DNA from: Candidatus Latescibacterota bacterium
GTDB lineage: Bacteria > Latescibacterota > UBA2968
Length of the DNA: 64,000 bases
Assembly (NCBI GenBank): GCA_965198115.1
Contig: OZ240241.1
Span: 8,256,001 to 8,320,000 of the forward strand
Direction: 5' to 3'
Position numbers and translations under genes: made by a program. Below, one piece after another: positions 41,602 through 52,255 of the stretch. The notes beneath the pieces were generated by a model. It saw only the letters and a program-made list of their open reading frames with translations. It was not told where the DNA came from and made no database searches. Position 1 is the first letter of the stretch, and every line of letters starts with the position of its first letter.

Positions 41602-42633
41602 TCAGCGCGCCCGGCCTTCGGTGTTTCGAAGGAACGATGTCATCAGACGAATGATGTTGGCCCCCGTCGCTTCTGATCTCGCCAGAGCCACATTCTGGCG
41701 GTCCGACTGGTAAGCCGATGGGATTCGGCCGATCTGCTCGCCCAGGGTCCACGCACGCTCGCGCTGTTCCGAATCACCCCAGGGAATCGTGTCCAGGTAG
41801 GCGGACTTTACGGATTGGCGTGCGGACGCATCCAGCCACGGCGGCTCGTCTTCGAACGATTCGAGCCAGTAGACCGAGTCGCAGGGGAAGCCGATCGCAG
41901 CCTGGTCCCAATCGAGGATTCGGATGTTTCCTGAGTGGTCAAGAAGCCCATTGCCGGGGTGAAGGTCTGTGTGATGGATCGTGCTGGGCCATCCCAGGTC
42001 GACGATCTCGTCCACACGAGCTTGGACATCGGGGAGACACATTTCGAGACGACGGATGAAATTCACAGGGATTGCAGTGTCGTCGTCTGCCCGACAGAGA
42101 TACTGATCTTCCAACCGCTCGATCAACACAAGCAGCATGTCTGTCGTTCGTTCAACTCGAAGATCGAGTATGTCGAACTCGTTCGAAGCGTGGGTCTTTG
42201 ACCAGCCGGTTTGAATCTCTCCCACGCGACGGGCGGTGTCGCTCAGCAAAGTGCCTTTTCCGATTTCTCCCACGTTGCTCCCCCGAACGTAGTGAAAGAG
42301 CATCCAGAGAGCGGAACCATTCATCCGGTGGGAGATCAGCTCGGGTGTCGTGTTCGGGGCGAGCTCGTTCAGCGCGCGGTAGACCCGCGGTGCGTCGTCG
42401 TAGATTTTAAGGCAGTTGGCTTTGAAGACGAAGGGGGTCGATCGGGCGACGACGTGGGCGGAGATTGACCAGGAACGGAGGATGAATACGTCGTTTAAGG
42501 TCACCTGGTCAGTAGGGATGCCCACGGATTCGCCGATCCATCTCGCGACTTTCGGCCAGGGCAAGCGGAGGTTGTGGCCGCCCTGAGTGCCGGTCGGCCA
42601 TTCGTGCACCGACGGCCAGGCAGTTGTCTTCAT
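41602..42633 (-). CDS. APH/choline-kinase-like phosphotransferase
   Basis: HTDLHPGN (Brenner motif) and ILDWD. Confidence 0.75.
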   Translation of the reverse strand: MKTTAWPSVHEWPTGTQGGHNLRLPWPKVARWIGESVGIPTDQVTLNDVFILRSWSISAHVVARSTPFVFKANCLKIYDDAPRVYRALNELAPNTTPELISHRMNGSALWMLFHYVRGSNVGEIGKGTLLSDTARRVGEIQTGWSKTHASNEFDILDLRVERTTDMLLVLIERLEDQYLCRADDDTAIPVNFIRRLEMCLPDVQARVDEIVDLGWPSTIHHTDLHPGNGLLDHSGNIRILDWDQAAIGFPCDSVYWLESFEDEPPWLDASARQSVKSAYLDTIPWGDSEQRERAWTLGEQIGRIPSAYQSDRQNVALARSEATGANIIRLMTSFLRNTEGRAR

Positions 42634-42704
42634 GGGTCTGTCCTTAACTTTCGCGACTGTGCGCCGGGAGGTTTGATCCTTTGAAGCTCCGGTTTGCGCG
42701 GAAA

Positions 42705-42750
42705 ACCCAGGGCTGCGCCTTGGGCTAAGTTGTGTCGCCCCGTTGGGGCT
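42705..42750 (-). repeat. REP-like palindrome, inverted relative of 33509..33559
   Basis: Reverse complement reads AGCCCCAACGGGGCGACACAACTTAGCCCAAGGCGCAGCCCTGGGT. Confidence 0.7.
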
Positions 42751-42789
42751 TAGATCACCAACGTTGATTGTGCTGGTATCGAAGAACAC

Positions 42790-44178
42790 GGTCAAGTCCC
42801 ATAGTCAGTTGAAAACTCATCGGGCCCCGTAGTTTGGTCAGGCTCTCTTTTGAGCATTCTGTTCGTTGTCGAGATTCAGATCTTTGTTCAGTGCTTGCCT
42901 GAGTAGGGGAAGATGTTTGTATCCGCTCACGCGTCGCAGGCGAGGTTCGATGTCGAGGAGTGCGGCAGCCACCCATCTGTGTCTCTGGGGAGAGTTGTTC
43001 CAGCGTCTGACCTTCCGAGTGAGCTCGCCGGTCCTGCTGTTGAGGGCTTCGATGCAGTTGGTGGTTCGGAAGCTTCGTTTCAGGAATGGGAGCATACCCA
43101 GCCGGTGGAGGGTCAGGGTTTCCTCCAGGCCTTCCTCGAGGCTCGTTGCGGCAGACTGATTCATCAGCTTCAGTTCGGGTTTAAGTGATTCGAGTGCGGC
43201 CTTTGCCTCCTCGTAGGTGTCGCAGTCATAGGCTTTCTGAAGCTTCCGTCGAACTCTTGGACGTTCCCTCTCCGGGAGATAGCTGACGACATTCTCGCGC
43301 TTGTGCCACTGACAGCGATGAACGCGCACATACCCTTTGAGGGCTTTGGTGACAGCACTGCGGAGTCCCTTTGAGCCGTCAAGCACAACGAGAAGGCCCT
43401 GGTCGTAGCACAGGCCTCTCCGGATGAGGTCCTGGATCAGCTGGCGGCAGATCCGTTCGTTCTCCGTCGCCGATTCGACGAAGCCCAGGGGGATCTTCTG
43501 GCCGTCCATCGTGACCCCCAGAGCGATCACGATCTCTTCGTCGGCAAAGCTCTTTCCGTCAATGAACAGGGTCACGAAGTTCGTAGTCGTCGAGGGGACG
43601 CTCCTGGAACTGCTTCCGCTTCTTCGCGGTGGCTTTGATGAACCGCCGCGAGACGGAGGACGCTGAGATACCAAACGCTTCTGGAACCGATTCGGCACAG
43701 GCCTTGTAGTTGCGGCACGAGATCCCCTTGAGAACACGAAGCAACAGCCCCTCGTCCGTCTTCTTGGGCGTCTGTAGAGCCCGGTATGCAGCCAGGGAAA
43801 CCTCTGCGTCGGCCTCGACGTCGCGCACCCGGGGAACGTCTAACGGGAGCTTCTGGTCCATCAGATACACGGATCCCTTCTGGCTTCCCCACCGACGATG
43901 CGCCTGCTCCGAACCTTTGCGCGCATACCGAACGCCTGCGAGCTGCTCGACCTCCTGCTGGAGGAGGTCTGCCACTGCCTCCAGACCCAACGGGATCAAC
44001 GCCTGGATCACCGACAAACGCGTCTCCAAATCGATGACATCGCCCTCAACCTTGACTTCACCATCGCCTACAAATAGCTTCTCCATCTGGGCTCCTTTCT
44101 TACGGGTATACGCTCCTACACGTCTACCCAACGTAAGTTTGGAGCCCTCTAAGTTTCAACTACGATAGGCACAACACC
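42790..44178 (-). mobile_element. IS256-family insertion sequence A (1389 bp)
   Basis: Imperfect IRs GGTCAAGTCCCATAGTCAGTTGAAA / GGTGTTGTGCCTATCGTAGTTGAAA. 8-bp duplication AAGAACAC at 42782-42789 and 44179-44186. Confidence 0.92.
42838..44086 (-). pseudogene. IS256/Mutator transposase A, frameshift near 43580
   Basis: LFIDG, VLDGSKGL, RCQWHK and RTTNCIE motifs; one extra base in TACGAACTTC. Confidence 0.88.
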
Positions 44179-44240
44179 AAGAACACATAATGGGATGCAC
44201 GCTATCAGACAGACTGTGAACAATGGTTTACAGCGCCTGC

Positions 44241-45611
44241 AAGCTCAGGTCAATAGGTGTGTAAAAGAAATCAGGCGGCCATCTTCCCGGCTTCGACCTG
44301 CGGTTCGGTTGAGTGTTTCTGATCGTAGACTTGTTGTAGCAAGTGTGGCGCGGTGAGTTTCCTGAATCGGCTCTCTGCGACCTTGAGCGTACGCCAGATG
44401 AGAGTCGTGGCGTTCCTGACTTTCTTGAATCGCCTGGCGGCGTTTGTGCGAAGCCGAACGGAAGCAAAGGGGCTCTCGACGACGTTCGTGGTTCTCAGGT
44501 GTTTCCAGTGTTCCTTCGGGAAGTCGTAGAACGTGACCATCCGATCCCAGTCTCTTTCGAGCGTCTCCACGGCGGCAGGGAACTGTGAGCGATACCGTGC
44601 GGCAAAGCGTTTCCGGAGCTTCTCGGCCTCCTTTTTCGTGCCGGCATAGGGGATCTGGACGAGCAGTGCGCGGGCTTCAGCCTGTGCACGCTTGGCGACC
44701 TTGTCGAGCACGTTGAGGATCTTGTGGTTCCAGCACCGTTGTTGCCGGCTCTCTGGCCAGACCTGATCAACGGCCGCCCTGCCCATATTCCCGTCCGCGG
44801 CGATCAGGACAGGATGTTCGAGCCCGCGATCCCGGAGATCCCGTAGCACCGTGAGCCAGGATTCTGTAGACTCTCGATAACCGGGTTCTATCGCCAGGAT
44901 CTCCTTGCTGCCGTCGCTCATCGCGCCGATCACGACCAGCAGACACGCCTTCTCGCGCTCGAGCCCGGCTTTGACGTAGATGCCATCAGCCCAGGCGTAG
45001 ACCAGTTCGCGATTATCCAGACGCCTTTCTTTCCAGTCCTGGAAGTCGACCTCCCACTTCCCTCGAAGACGAGCGATCGAGGTCGGCGAAAGCGGCGCGC
45101 CATCACCGAGCAGCGCACGCAAAGACAACTCGAAGTCGCCCTGGGAGAGACCGTGGAGATAAAGGTCGGGAAGCAGATCTCCAATGGCCCTGGTTCTCCG
45201 GGCGAACAGGGGGAGGATGCGGCTTTCAAACCGCTCTTCCAGACCACGAACCCGGGGACGCCGGACCTTGATCGTTCCGCAGCTCGTCGAGAGACGCCGG
45301 GGCTTGCCGTAGCCGTTCCTGTAGCCCGTGGAGCTATCGACCTCGGCTCGGCGCTCATACCACGACCGGCCCAAGAACGCGGTCGCCTCCTCCTCCAGAA
45401 TGGACTGGAACCGGCCCTGGATCTCTTCACGGATCCAATCGTCAACCGTCTCCCACGTCGGCATGGACTTCAATGGGGCTCTATGCGTATGTTCCTTCAC
45501 GGCGATCCTCCTTCCCAACCGGGCCTCTCACCCGGTTTTGTGTGAATCAACTATCTCACGGGAAGGGTAGGGTCGCCCTTTCTCTTTTTCCACACCTTTT
45601 GATTATAGCTC
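44241..45611 (-). mobile_element. IS256-family insertion sequence B (1371 bp)
   Basis: Imperfect IRs AAGCTCAGGTCAATAGGTGTGTAAAA / GAGCTATAATCAAAAGGTGTGGAAAA. 8-bp duplication GCGCCTGC at 44233-44240 and 45612-45619. Confidence 0.93.
44271..45500 (-). CDS. IS256-family transposase B
   Basis: YRNGY, WADGIY, QRCWNHK and LRTTNVVES motifs; GTG start after GGAGG. Confidence 0.93.
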   Translation of the reverse strand: MKEHTHRAPLKSMPTWETVDDWIREEIQGRFQSILEEEATAFLGRSWYERRAEVDSSTGYRNGYGKPRRLSTSCGTIKVRRPRVRGLEERFESRILPLFARRTRAIGDLLPDLYLHGLSQGDFELSLRALLGDGAPLSPTSIARLRGKWEVDFQDWKERRLDNRELVYAWADGIYVKAGLEREKACLLVVIGAMSDGSKEILAIEPGYRESTESWLTVLRDLRDRGLEHPVLIAADGNMGRAAVDQVWPESRQQRCWNHKILNVLDKVAKRAQAEARALLVQIPYAGTKKEAEKLRKRFAARYRSQFPAAVETLERDWDRMVTFYDFPKEHWKHLRTTNVVESPFASVRLRTNAARRFKKVRNATTLIWRTLKVAESRFRKLTAPHLLQQVYDQKHSTEPQVEAGKMAA

Positions 45612-48452
45612 GCGCCTGCAGGGAAATACCCTCATCGTGGCGGGGTTGGTTCTGGCCTGGGTGGGTTGGATCGTTTCCGATCTGCTGGTTGTCGACATCG
45701 CGTACGGTGAGACGTTCCGTTTTCGAATCGAGGTGGTGCGATGGCGGGATGCGTGGCCGGTTCTCAGATGGCTTCCAGGATGGCTCGGTGTCCTCGTGGC
45801 GACCCTCCTGGTCTGGATGCGTCGTCCTTTCGATCGATCTCGCACCGGGTCCTGTTTGGTACTTGTCGGGTTTCTGTTGGGTCTTCGACTCGTCAGCTTT
45901 CTGCCGGGGGTCGGGACGGTGGTACCCGTGTTGGGCCTGGTCTGGACGGCCCACGCATCGTGGGCGGTGAGCCTGACCGTGCTGTTCTACTCCACGTTTC
46001 CGATGCTCGATGGTTGGTTGGCGACGCGATCGCGAATCGCCGGGTGGGGGTTGCTCGTCTTTTTTGGGATTCTCTACACCGTGTTCGCCGTGTTTTTCGT
46101 TCGCACGACGCTTCTTCACGGCGACGAACCCCAGTATCTGCTGATCACGCAGAGTCTCCTGCACGACGGAGACATCGATCTTTCGAACGCCACGAAAGAG
46201 TCGGACCTCGAGTTTCACCAGAAGACCGTTCAACCCCGTCGTGCTCCGGCATCGCCTCCGGGCAGAGTCCATTCTGCTCATCCGATCGGCCTCGGCATTT
46301 TGCTTGCGCCCGTTTACTGGCTGGGGCTGACAGCCGCGGACCATCCGAGACTGGCTTGCGTCCTGCTTGTCGCTGTGACCTCAGCCATGTCGGTTCTGTT
46401 GGCCTTTCGATGGCTCATCGACCAGGACGTATCCCCGGCCGGTGCCCTATTGACCTCGATCGGCGTTGGCATCTCTCCGTTGATGTTTCTGTTTTCTACC
46501 CAGCTCTACCCGGAAGTCTTTGCGCTTGTCGCTGCCCTGATTGTTTTGACGGTGTTGGCAAGACCGCTCGCCAGGACACGCGTTCGGCAGTCAGCATTGG
46601 GGATCGTCGTGATCCTGGTTGCACTACCCCTGCTGCACCAGAGACTCCTGCCGATGGCCGTGTTCCTGGGATTGCTGATGTGGTTACACGTACGCGAAAT
46701 TCCGGACCGTGTCTCGATTCTCAAGAGCAGCGGAGTGATCCTCACGCTCGCCACGGCTGCCTACATCCTTTACCACTTGCACTTCAGCGGTGATATCTGG
46801 GGTCCGTTCAAGCCAGGAAACGCGGATGTCCTGGATTTCGAACATCTACCCACGGCCCTGGTCGGTCAATGGCTCGACGCCAGGGTCGGGCTGTTGAACA
46901 ACAGTCCGATCTTTGTCGGGGCACTGGTGGGCGTGGTCGCGATGGCTGTGTCACGGGATCGACGACTTCTGATCGTGGTCGGCATCTATGCAACGACCGC
47001 GTGCGTGAACGCACTGTCGAACGACTGGCGGTTCGGCTATTGCTTCCCCAGTCGATTCATGGTGACGGCTCTGCCCGCATTGCTGATTCCACTCGCTTAT
47101 ACGATGGATCGTGCGCTGAACCGGAGCGCCTCGTTGGTGTTCGTTGTGATGTGTGGGGTTTGTGTCGGTTGGGACTCGAACTACGAGGCCCTCCTGTTGA
47201 AGGAAGGTGCGTACGATGGGAACCACCTGATCCACCGTGCTTTGGACCAGGTGTATCCGGCTAGCGTCCACTTTCCGGATTTGAAGGATGTGGCGAAGGT
47301 GCCGTGGATGGATGTGGCTTGTTGGGCGGCTGCGGTTGCGATCCTGGGCTCGATGGGGCGTGTCGACGCCAGGAAATCAGCGGTGCTCCTGGTCGGCCTA
47401 TTCGTGATGGTGCCAGTTCTGACATCGCCTCATCACCCCCTTCGTTTGAAAACACAGAGTGCGCACGGTTTGCGGCGCTTCAGTTCAGATGGCAGTGAGT
47501 TCAGAGTTCATCTGACCGAACGGCAAGTGACATTCGGTACCTACAACGGGGCGGTCCAGGATGGGAGTGGCTACGTGGCGAGGCGCGGCGAAGCGCGGAC
47601 GGGTGTCGCAGGTTATTCGGGGCTGCCGGATCTCTATCCCCCGATCTACCGGGTAACCCTTGCCGCCAGGGCCTCGGCGTCTGTCGATGGTCAGCCGGGC
47701 GCCTACTATGTGCTGGTCAGACGACGGGGTGTCCGCACACAGATGAATCACCAGATCCGGTATGCCGTGCCTTTGACGCCGGATGGATCGGCGGCATCGA
47801 TTCAGCTCACACAGACATCGGGACGCGGGATCCTGCAACACTTCGTCATGTATCGAGAAGGCGCGAATCTCAGCTTCGGGAACGCCACCCTGGTACAACA
47901 TCCCGTGCAGCTCCGGGAAAAGCGACAGCTGGTTTCCACGCGGCGTCTCGATCTCGATAGCCGGGACGGGTTCGGGTTCTATCACGGATATACGGTGGTG
48001 GATCTGGCTTAAGGTTCCTACCGCTTCGAAGTGGAGCTCGAACACGTCGACCCATCCGTCTGGATCACCCGACGGTTGGATCCTGTCGTGGTCGTGCTGT
48101 TCGGAGGGGTAACGGACTTGCAGGATGCGAAGCGAAGGGCCCGTGAATGGCAGCCGATGCTGGATCGTGCGGTCGAGCTGCCCGTCTTGGGGGCCGTCGA
48201 CCGCCCCGCGGTGGAGGCTTATCTGTCGCCCTTCTGGGCCAACGTACCTTTGGCCGATCAGATGAGCTTCACCTACGAGAGCGAAGAGAAGCAGACGTTG
48301 CTTGTCGTGATTTACTACTCAGGCCAGCACGGTCTGTTGCTGAAGAACATCCATCTGCATCGACGATTGTTCGAGACTCGACTGGATGGTTCTGCCTACG
48401 TCGTCCCGTTGTACGGGGGGTAGTCGTTATTTCGAGCTCTTGTTCTTCAATG

Positions 48453-48559
48453 CGTCCCCGTGCGGAGCACGGGGGACGAGCGCAACGCTCTGCTTTGTAA
48501 ATACAAAAGCCCCCGATCGCCCTCGTCCCTTCGACTCCGCTCAGGACTGCACGAGGGCG
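48453..48559 (+). repeat. Pair of REP-like hairpins; the second carries the CCCTTCGACTCCGCTCAGGACT motif
   Basis: CGTCCCCGTGC-GGA-GCACGGGGGACG, then CGCCCTCGT[motif]GCACGAGGGCG. Confidence 0.8.
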
Positions 48560-48563
48560 CTTC

Positions 48564-50126
48564 CTACGCGGTTGCTTCGATCTGCACGGACTCGGGCTCG
48601 GACTTGAGGTAGGCGTTGGGGTCGTGATGCAGGGAACCTTCCGGTAACCAATCCCAGAAGACTCCGATGTCCCGCTTGATCCAGTCGGTCAGGAAATCGG
48701 GAATCTCTGTCGTCTCCCCTTCCCAGAATCGGCGAACCTGGCTATCGGTTTCCAACAGCTCACGGAGCTTCGTGTAGTGTCGGATTCTGCCGACACCTTC
48801 GGAGCACCTTGCCCTGATCACATTGATCCACGGCAGCCACCTGGGTCGAGCACTCTTGGCGGCCCAAAGGCGCCGCCTGATGGCGCGCCAGGAGAACATG
48901 TATTTCTGCATGTCGAGGAGGAGGTCATAGAATTCCGGCCATTCGTAGTTCTTGGGACGCACATTCATCACGTGGTAGTTGTTCAGAAAGTGGTAGGGGA
49001 ATGGAAGCACCCGCCCTTCCCTCTGGTAGTCGAGATTGAGCGGGGCGGCCTGGCCGAATGCGGTCAGAACCGACACCACGGGAAAGGCCCCAGGGGCGAG
49101 GTCAACGAATTGTTTCGTGAGCTCGAAAGGGTCCGACCCTTTGTCTGTGTCGAGGCCGAGCACGAAGTTGGTCTGAATATAGGGGATGTAGCTCAGCACC
49201 ATGTTCACGTGATCCGACACCTTCCGAACCTTGTCCAGGCCCATTGCCTTGCCGGATCTGGACTTGTCTCCCATGCCATACCACGACTCGATGCCGGGAA
49301 GCACTGCCTTGAACCCGTTCTGCTTCATCCTCTGGAGATGAGGCTCCGTGAGAATGGAGAGACTGCTTTCCGCGAAGAAGTTGAAGCTGCCCGGCGGCGC
49401 CACTTCCTCGATTGCACCCATGCATTCGTCGAAACGAACGCCGAAATTGGGATCGAACCAGCCGATGTTCGGTTTCTTAAACTTTCCTAGGAGGAAACGC
49501 AAGTCGCTCTGGATGAGGTCGAGACTGAGAGGTTGATGAGGTACGACAGAATCGATGCAGAAGTTGCAGGTGTATGGGCACCCCAAGCTTGCAATCGTCG
49601 ACACCCCTTTGACGTAGGGTGATTTCTCCAGCACCTGCTCGATATACTTCCATCGCTCCTGAACTCCGGGCAGTTCGAGGGGCTGCTGATTGGCCGAAAG
49701 CGTAACACCGATAGGCCGGTTCGGCGAACAGTCCTGCAGCACATCTCTGATCAGCTCTTTGTCTGTGAATCCAAGGACGTAATCGAAGTATTTGACAGCA
49801 TCCTGGGGAAAACAGCGGGCGTGAGGCCCTCCGAGGACGGTCACCGCGCCCCTGGAACGAAGGACATTGCTGATCGCATAGGAGAGTTGCGCGGCTTCCG
49901 AGAAGGCACCGATGAAGGCGATGTCAGCGTCGGTCGGCAACTCTGAGAATAGATCCTCGGGGCCGGTGTAGCAGATGAAGTTGACATCGTGCCCTTCCTG
50001 CTCGCACCAGCGGGCGACGACCTGGGGCATGATGCTGGCCTGGTTCGCGTTCATCATGCGACCGAACAGCCACTTGGTCGGGGCCTTGACGACCAGATCG
50101 ATGACCGTGATCCGGAGTTTTTTCAA
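48564..50126 (-). CDS. B12-binding-domain radical SAM protein
   Basis: LGGPHA, GCPYTCNFC and GIES motifs; TTG start with RBS AAGGGAGG. Confidence 0.88.
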   Translation of the reverse strand: MKKLRITVIDLVVKAPTKWLFGRMMNANQASIMPQVVARWCEQEGHDVNFICYTGPEDLFSELPTDADIAFIGAFSEAAQLSYAISNVLRSRGAVTVLGGPHARCFPQDAVKYFDYVLGFTDKELIRDVLQDCSPNRPIGVTLSANQQPLELPGVQERWKYIEQVLEKSPYVKGVSTIASLGCPYTCNFCIDSVVPHQPLSLDLIQSDLRFLLGKFKKPNIGWFDPNFGVRFDECMGAIEEVAPPGSFNFFAESSLSILTEPHLQRMKQNGFKAVLPGIESWYGMGDKSRSGKAMGLDKVRKVSDHVNMVLSYIPYIQTNFVLGLDTDKGSDPFELTKQFVDLAPGAFPVVSVLTAFGQAAPLNLDYQREGRVLPFPYHFLNNYHVMNVRPKNYEWPEFYDLLLDMQKYMFSWRAIRRRLWAAKSARPRWLPWINVIRARCSEGVGRIRHYTKLRELLETDSQVRRFWEGETTEIPDFLTDWIKRDIGVFWDWLPEGSLHHDPNAYLKSEPESVQIEATA

Positions 50127-50287
50127 GAGACCTCCCTTGACGTGTCGACCCTCGTTTTCTCCGGCCAGCCTGCCGAACGGGAGTCGGCTGGCCGTCAGAG
50201 GACCGTGTTACGTGTCGAAAGATAGGCCTTACGAGGAACAACGTGCAACAATAGGTTGAGCGGCAGACAATCGCTGCTCGCATTGCC

Positions 50288-50326
50288 AAAAGGAAAGCCC
50301 CCACATCTCATGGCGAGAGTGGGGGC
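50288..50326 (-). terminator. Intrinsic terminator after the ECF sigma gene
   Basis: GCCCCCAC(A)TCTC...GAGAGTGGGGGC hairpin, followed on the minus strand by TTTCCTTTT. Confidence 0.7.
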
Positions 50327-50371
50327 ATTTGTGGTCCGGTGCGAAAGGGCTGTCGGCCTGTACCTACACGA

Positions 50372-51553
50372 TCAATGGTAGTGACGAATCCTCGGGTCAC
50401 GAAAGGCAACGGTAGACCACCACAGCCCGAGGGCGACGCCACCGGATTCAAAGTCGCCATCCCGGACCTGGTTGACGAGCTTTCCATCGACGTAGCTGGT
50501 GAGAGACTGTCCGCGGGCGGCGATCAGGACATTGTATTCGCGCCCCTTTTCGAATGGAAAGTTGACGACACTGATCTTTTCGACCTCACCTGCTCCCGCT
50601 TTTATCTTGCTGATGGCGATGGCCTGCCAGCCGAGCAGAAAATCGAGGATATAGTACTCCGATCCATCGTGTGATTTTCTGAAGTGTACTTGCATGTCGG
50701 ATCCCTCTACGAGGGTGAGCAGGACCGACAACTCATAGCTCGACCAGCTCGAGTCTCCGGCAGCGAGGCACGTCGCTGTCTCGACCGGGACGGTGCCGAC
50801 GATCGCGGAGCCCTCGCGTTTCCAGGTCGTCCCGCGCTCAGGAGGTTTCGAGTTCTCCAAGGGTACGTCGGTTTCGGTCCATCCGCCCAGGTCGTCACCC
50901 TGGAGTAATGAATTCCACGGAATGTCTCCTTCCATACCACCCAGACGGGGGCGCCCGAAATCGTCTTCGGGACCTGCCGTCACGATTTCCTCCTTCATCA
51001 TCTCCTCCATTCTGTTCTTGAGAATACCTCTTGAACGGTAGAGTCGAGTCTTGACCGTCCCTGTCGGGATGGTCAGAATGCCGGCGACACGATTCACGTC
51101 CATTCCCACGAAGTGATGTAACACGACCACGGCCCTGTCTCGCGGCTTCAGATGCTTTACGGCGTGCCAGAGCCGATCCAGCCGAATAACTTCGTCCCGC
51201 GTGGATTCTGGCGCCGTGGCTAAGTCTCGTTCCCGGAGCCAGAGTTCATCCACGAGGTTGCGCTTCCGTAGAGCGAGTGTGTCGTAGGAAGCGTTCCTCG
51301 CGATCATCCCGATCCATCCAGGAAACTTGGTGGGGTCGGCAAGATCGTCCAATCGCGTAAATGCCCTGACAAAGGCATCCTGACAGATGTCTTCGGCGTC
51401 CTCGGTACGTCCTGTAATGGACCACGCGATGCCGTAGACTGAGCGTCGGTGGCGCGCCGCCAGGACGTTGAAAGCGTCCCGGTCGCCCGAACGAGTTCTG
51501 AGGACGAGCTCCTCATCCGCAAGTGCTGCGTGGCTATCCGTATATCTCGACAT
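50372..51553 (-). CDS. ECF sigma-70 factor with a C-terminal DUF1080-like beta-sandwich domain
   Basis: DAEDICQDAF, WIGMIARN and GTVKTRLYR motifs. The C-terminal LLQGDDLGGW...YVDGKLV...SGGVAL...VAFRD pattern matches DUF1080. Confidence 0.85.
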   Translation of the reverse strand: MSRYTDSHAALADEELVLRTRSGDRDAFNVLAARHRRSVYGIAWSITGRTEDAEDICQDAFVRAFTRLDDLADPTKFPGWIGMIARNASYDTLALRKRNLVDELWLRERDLATAPESTRDEVIRLDRLWHAVKHLKPRDRAVVVLHHFVGMDVNRVAGILTIPTGTVKTRLYRSRGILKNRMEEMMKEEIVTAGPEDDFGRPRLGGMEGDIPWNSLLQGDDLGGWTETDVPLENSKPPERGTTWKREGSAIVGTVPVETATCLAAGDSSWSSYELSVLLTLVEGSDMQVHFRKSHDGSEYYILDFLLGWQAIAISKIKAGAGEVEKISVVNFPFEKGREYNVLIAARGQSLTSYVDGKLVNQVRDGDFESGGVALGLWWSTVAFRDPRIRHYH

Positions 51554-51696
51554 ACACCATCATGACGGAGTGGGCGGGATCAGGTTCACGAAAAAACGAC
51601 ATCAAGCGGTGAGGGGATCGAGGAGCGGAGGAGGACGGGAGAAGGGGGACTCGCCCCGCTGTCGCATCTGCTGAAGCCGTGGGAGCAACGCAAACT

Positions 51697-52133
51697 TTAG
51701 TGGGAACGGGTGCCTTCGTGCCCGGGTGATGAGGCGGGATCGGCCTGATCGCGGCGGATGAGGCGCCAGTGGTAGAGGTAGACGGGGAGCCCGATGAGGA
51801 TGAGGCTGAGGTTTTGGGCTGCGTCTCGATGGCGTTGGGAGGTTGCGGGGTCGACGCTTTCGCGACGTTCGAGCCAGGCGTCCAGCGCCTCCTGATATCG
51901 CCTGGCCTGAATGGTGTCGCGGAACACGATCCCTTCGTCCAGCGCTCGCGCAGGGGCGATTCCGTAGGGCTTTGGAGGCATTTCACGATAGAGAAACCGC
52001 TCGTGGTCCGCCTGAGTGAACACGAAGGCCTTCAAGGCCATGCTGACGAAGCCCGAGCACCGATGACGACCATGACGATGCCGATGAGGGAGAGGAGATA
52101 GAGATAGACGGTTCGGATTCGTTCGGATGGCAT
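51697..52133 (-). CDS. Small two-TM membrane protein (DUF5671-like); frameshift near 52060
   Basis: MPSERIRTVYLYLLSLIGIVMVVIG continues in another frame as ...MALKAFVF...LSLILIGLPVYLYHWR. Confidence 0.6.
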
Positions 52134-52255
52134 CTGTAGACCTGTGGACGGTTGACCTGCCGCCGTAGCCTTGGGCGGAGGCGGGTGGACGGCCACTGCG
52201 GCTTTCCCCTAGTTCGTCATTGTGACGTGCGTGGGGCCTGAATGGTTCCGACGCA

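Larger units (their letters stand above)
44195..48423 (+). pseudogene. Large polytopic membrane protein (GT-C-like glycosyltransferase) disrupted by IS256-B and an in-frame TAA
   Basis: Removing IS-B and one duplication restores MHAIRQTVNNGLQRLQGNTLIVAGLVLAW in frame with 45637. GDEPQYLLITQSLLHDGDIDL motif present. TAA at 48010-48012 is in frame with ORF 48031..48423. Confidence 0.75.

Noticed and set aside
41602-42633. Aminoglycoside resistance gene beside IS elements
   Set aside because: Only generic kinase motifs are present, and each IS has its own target duplication, so there is no composite transposon.
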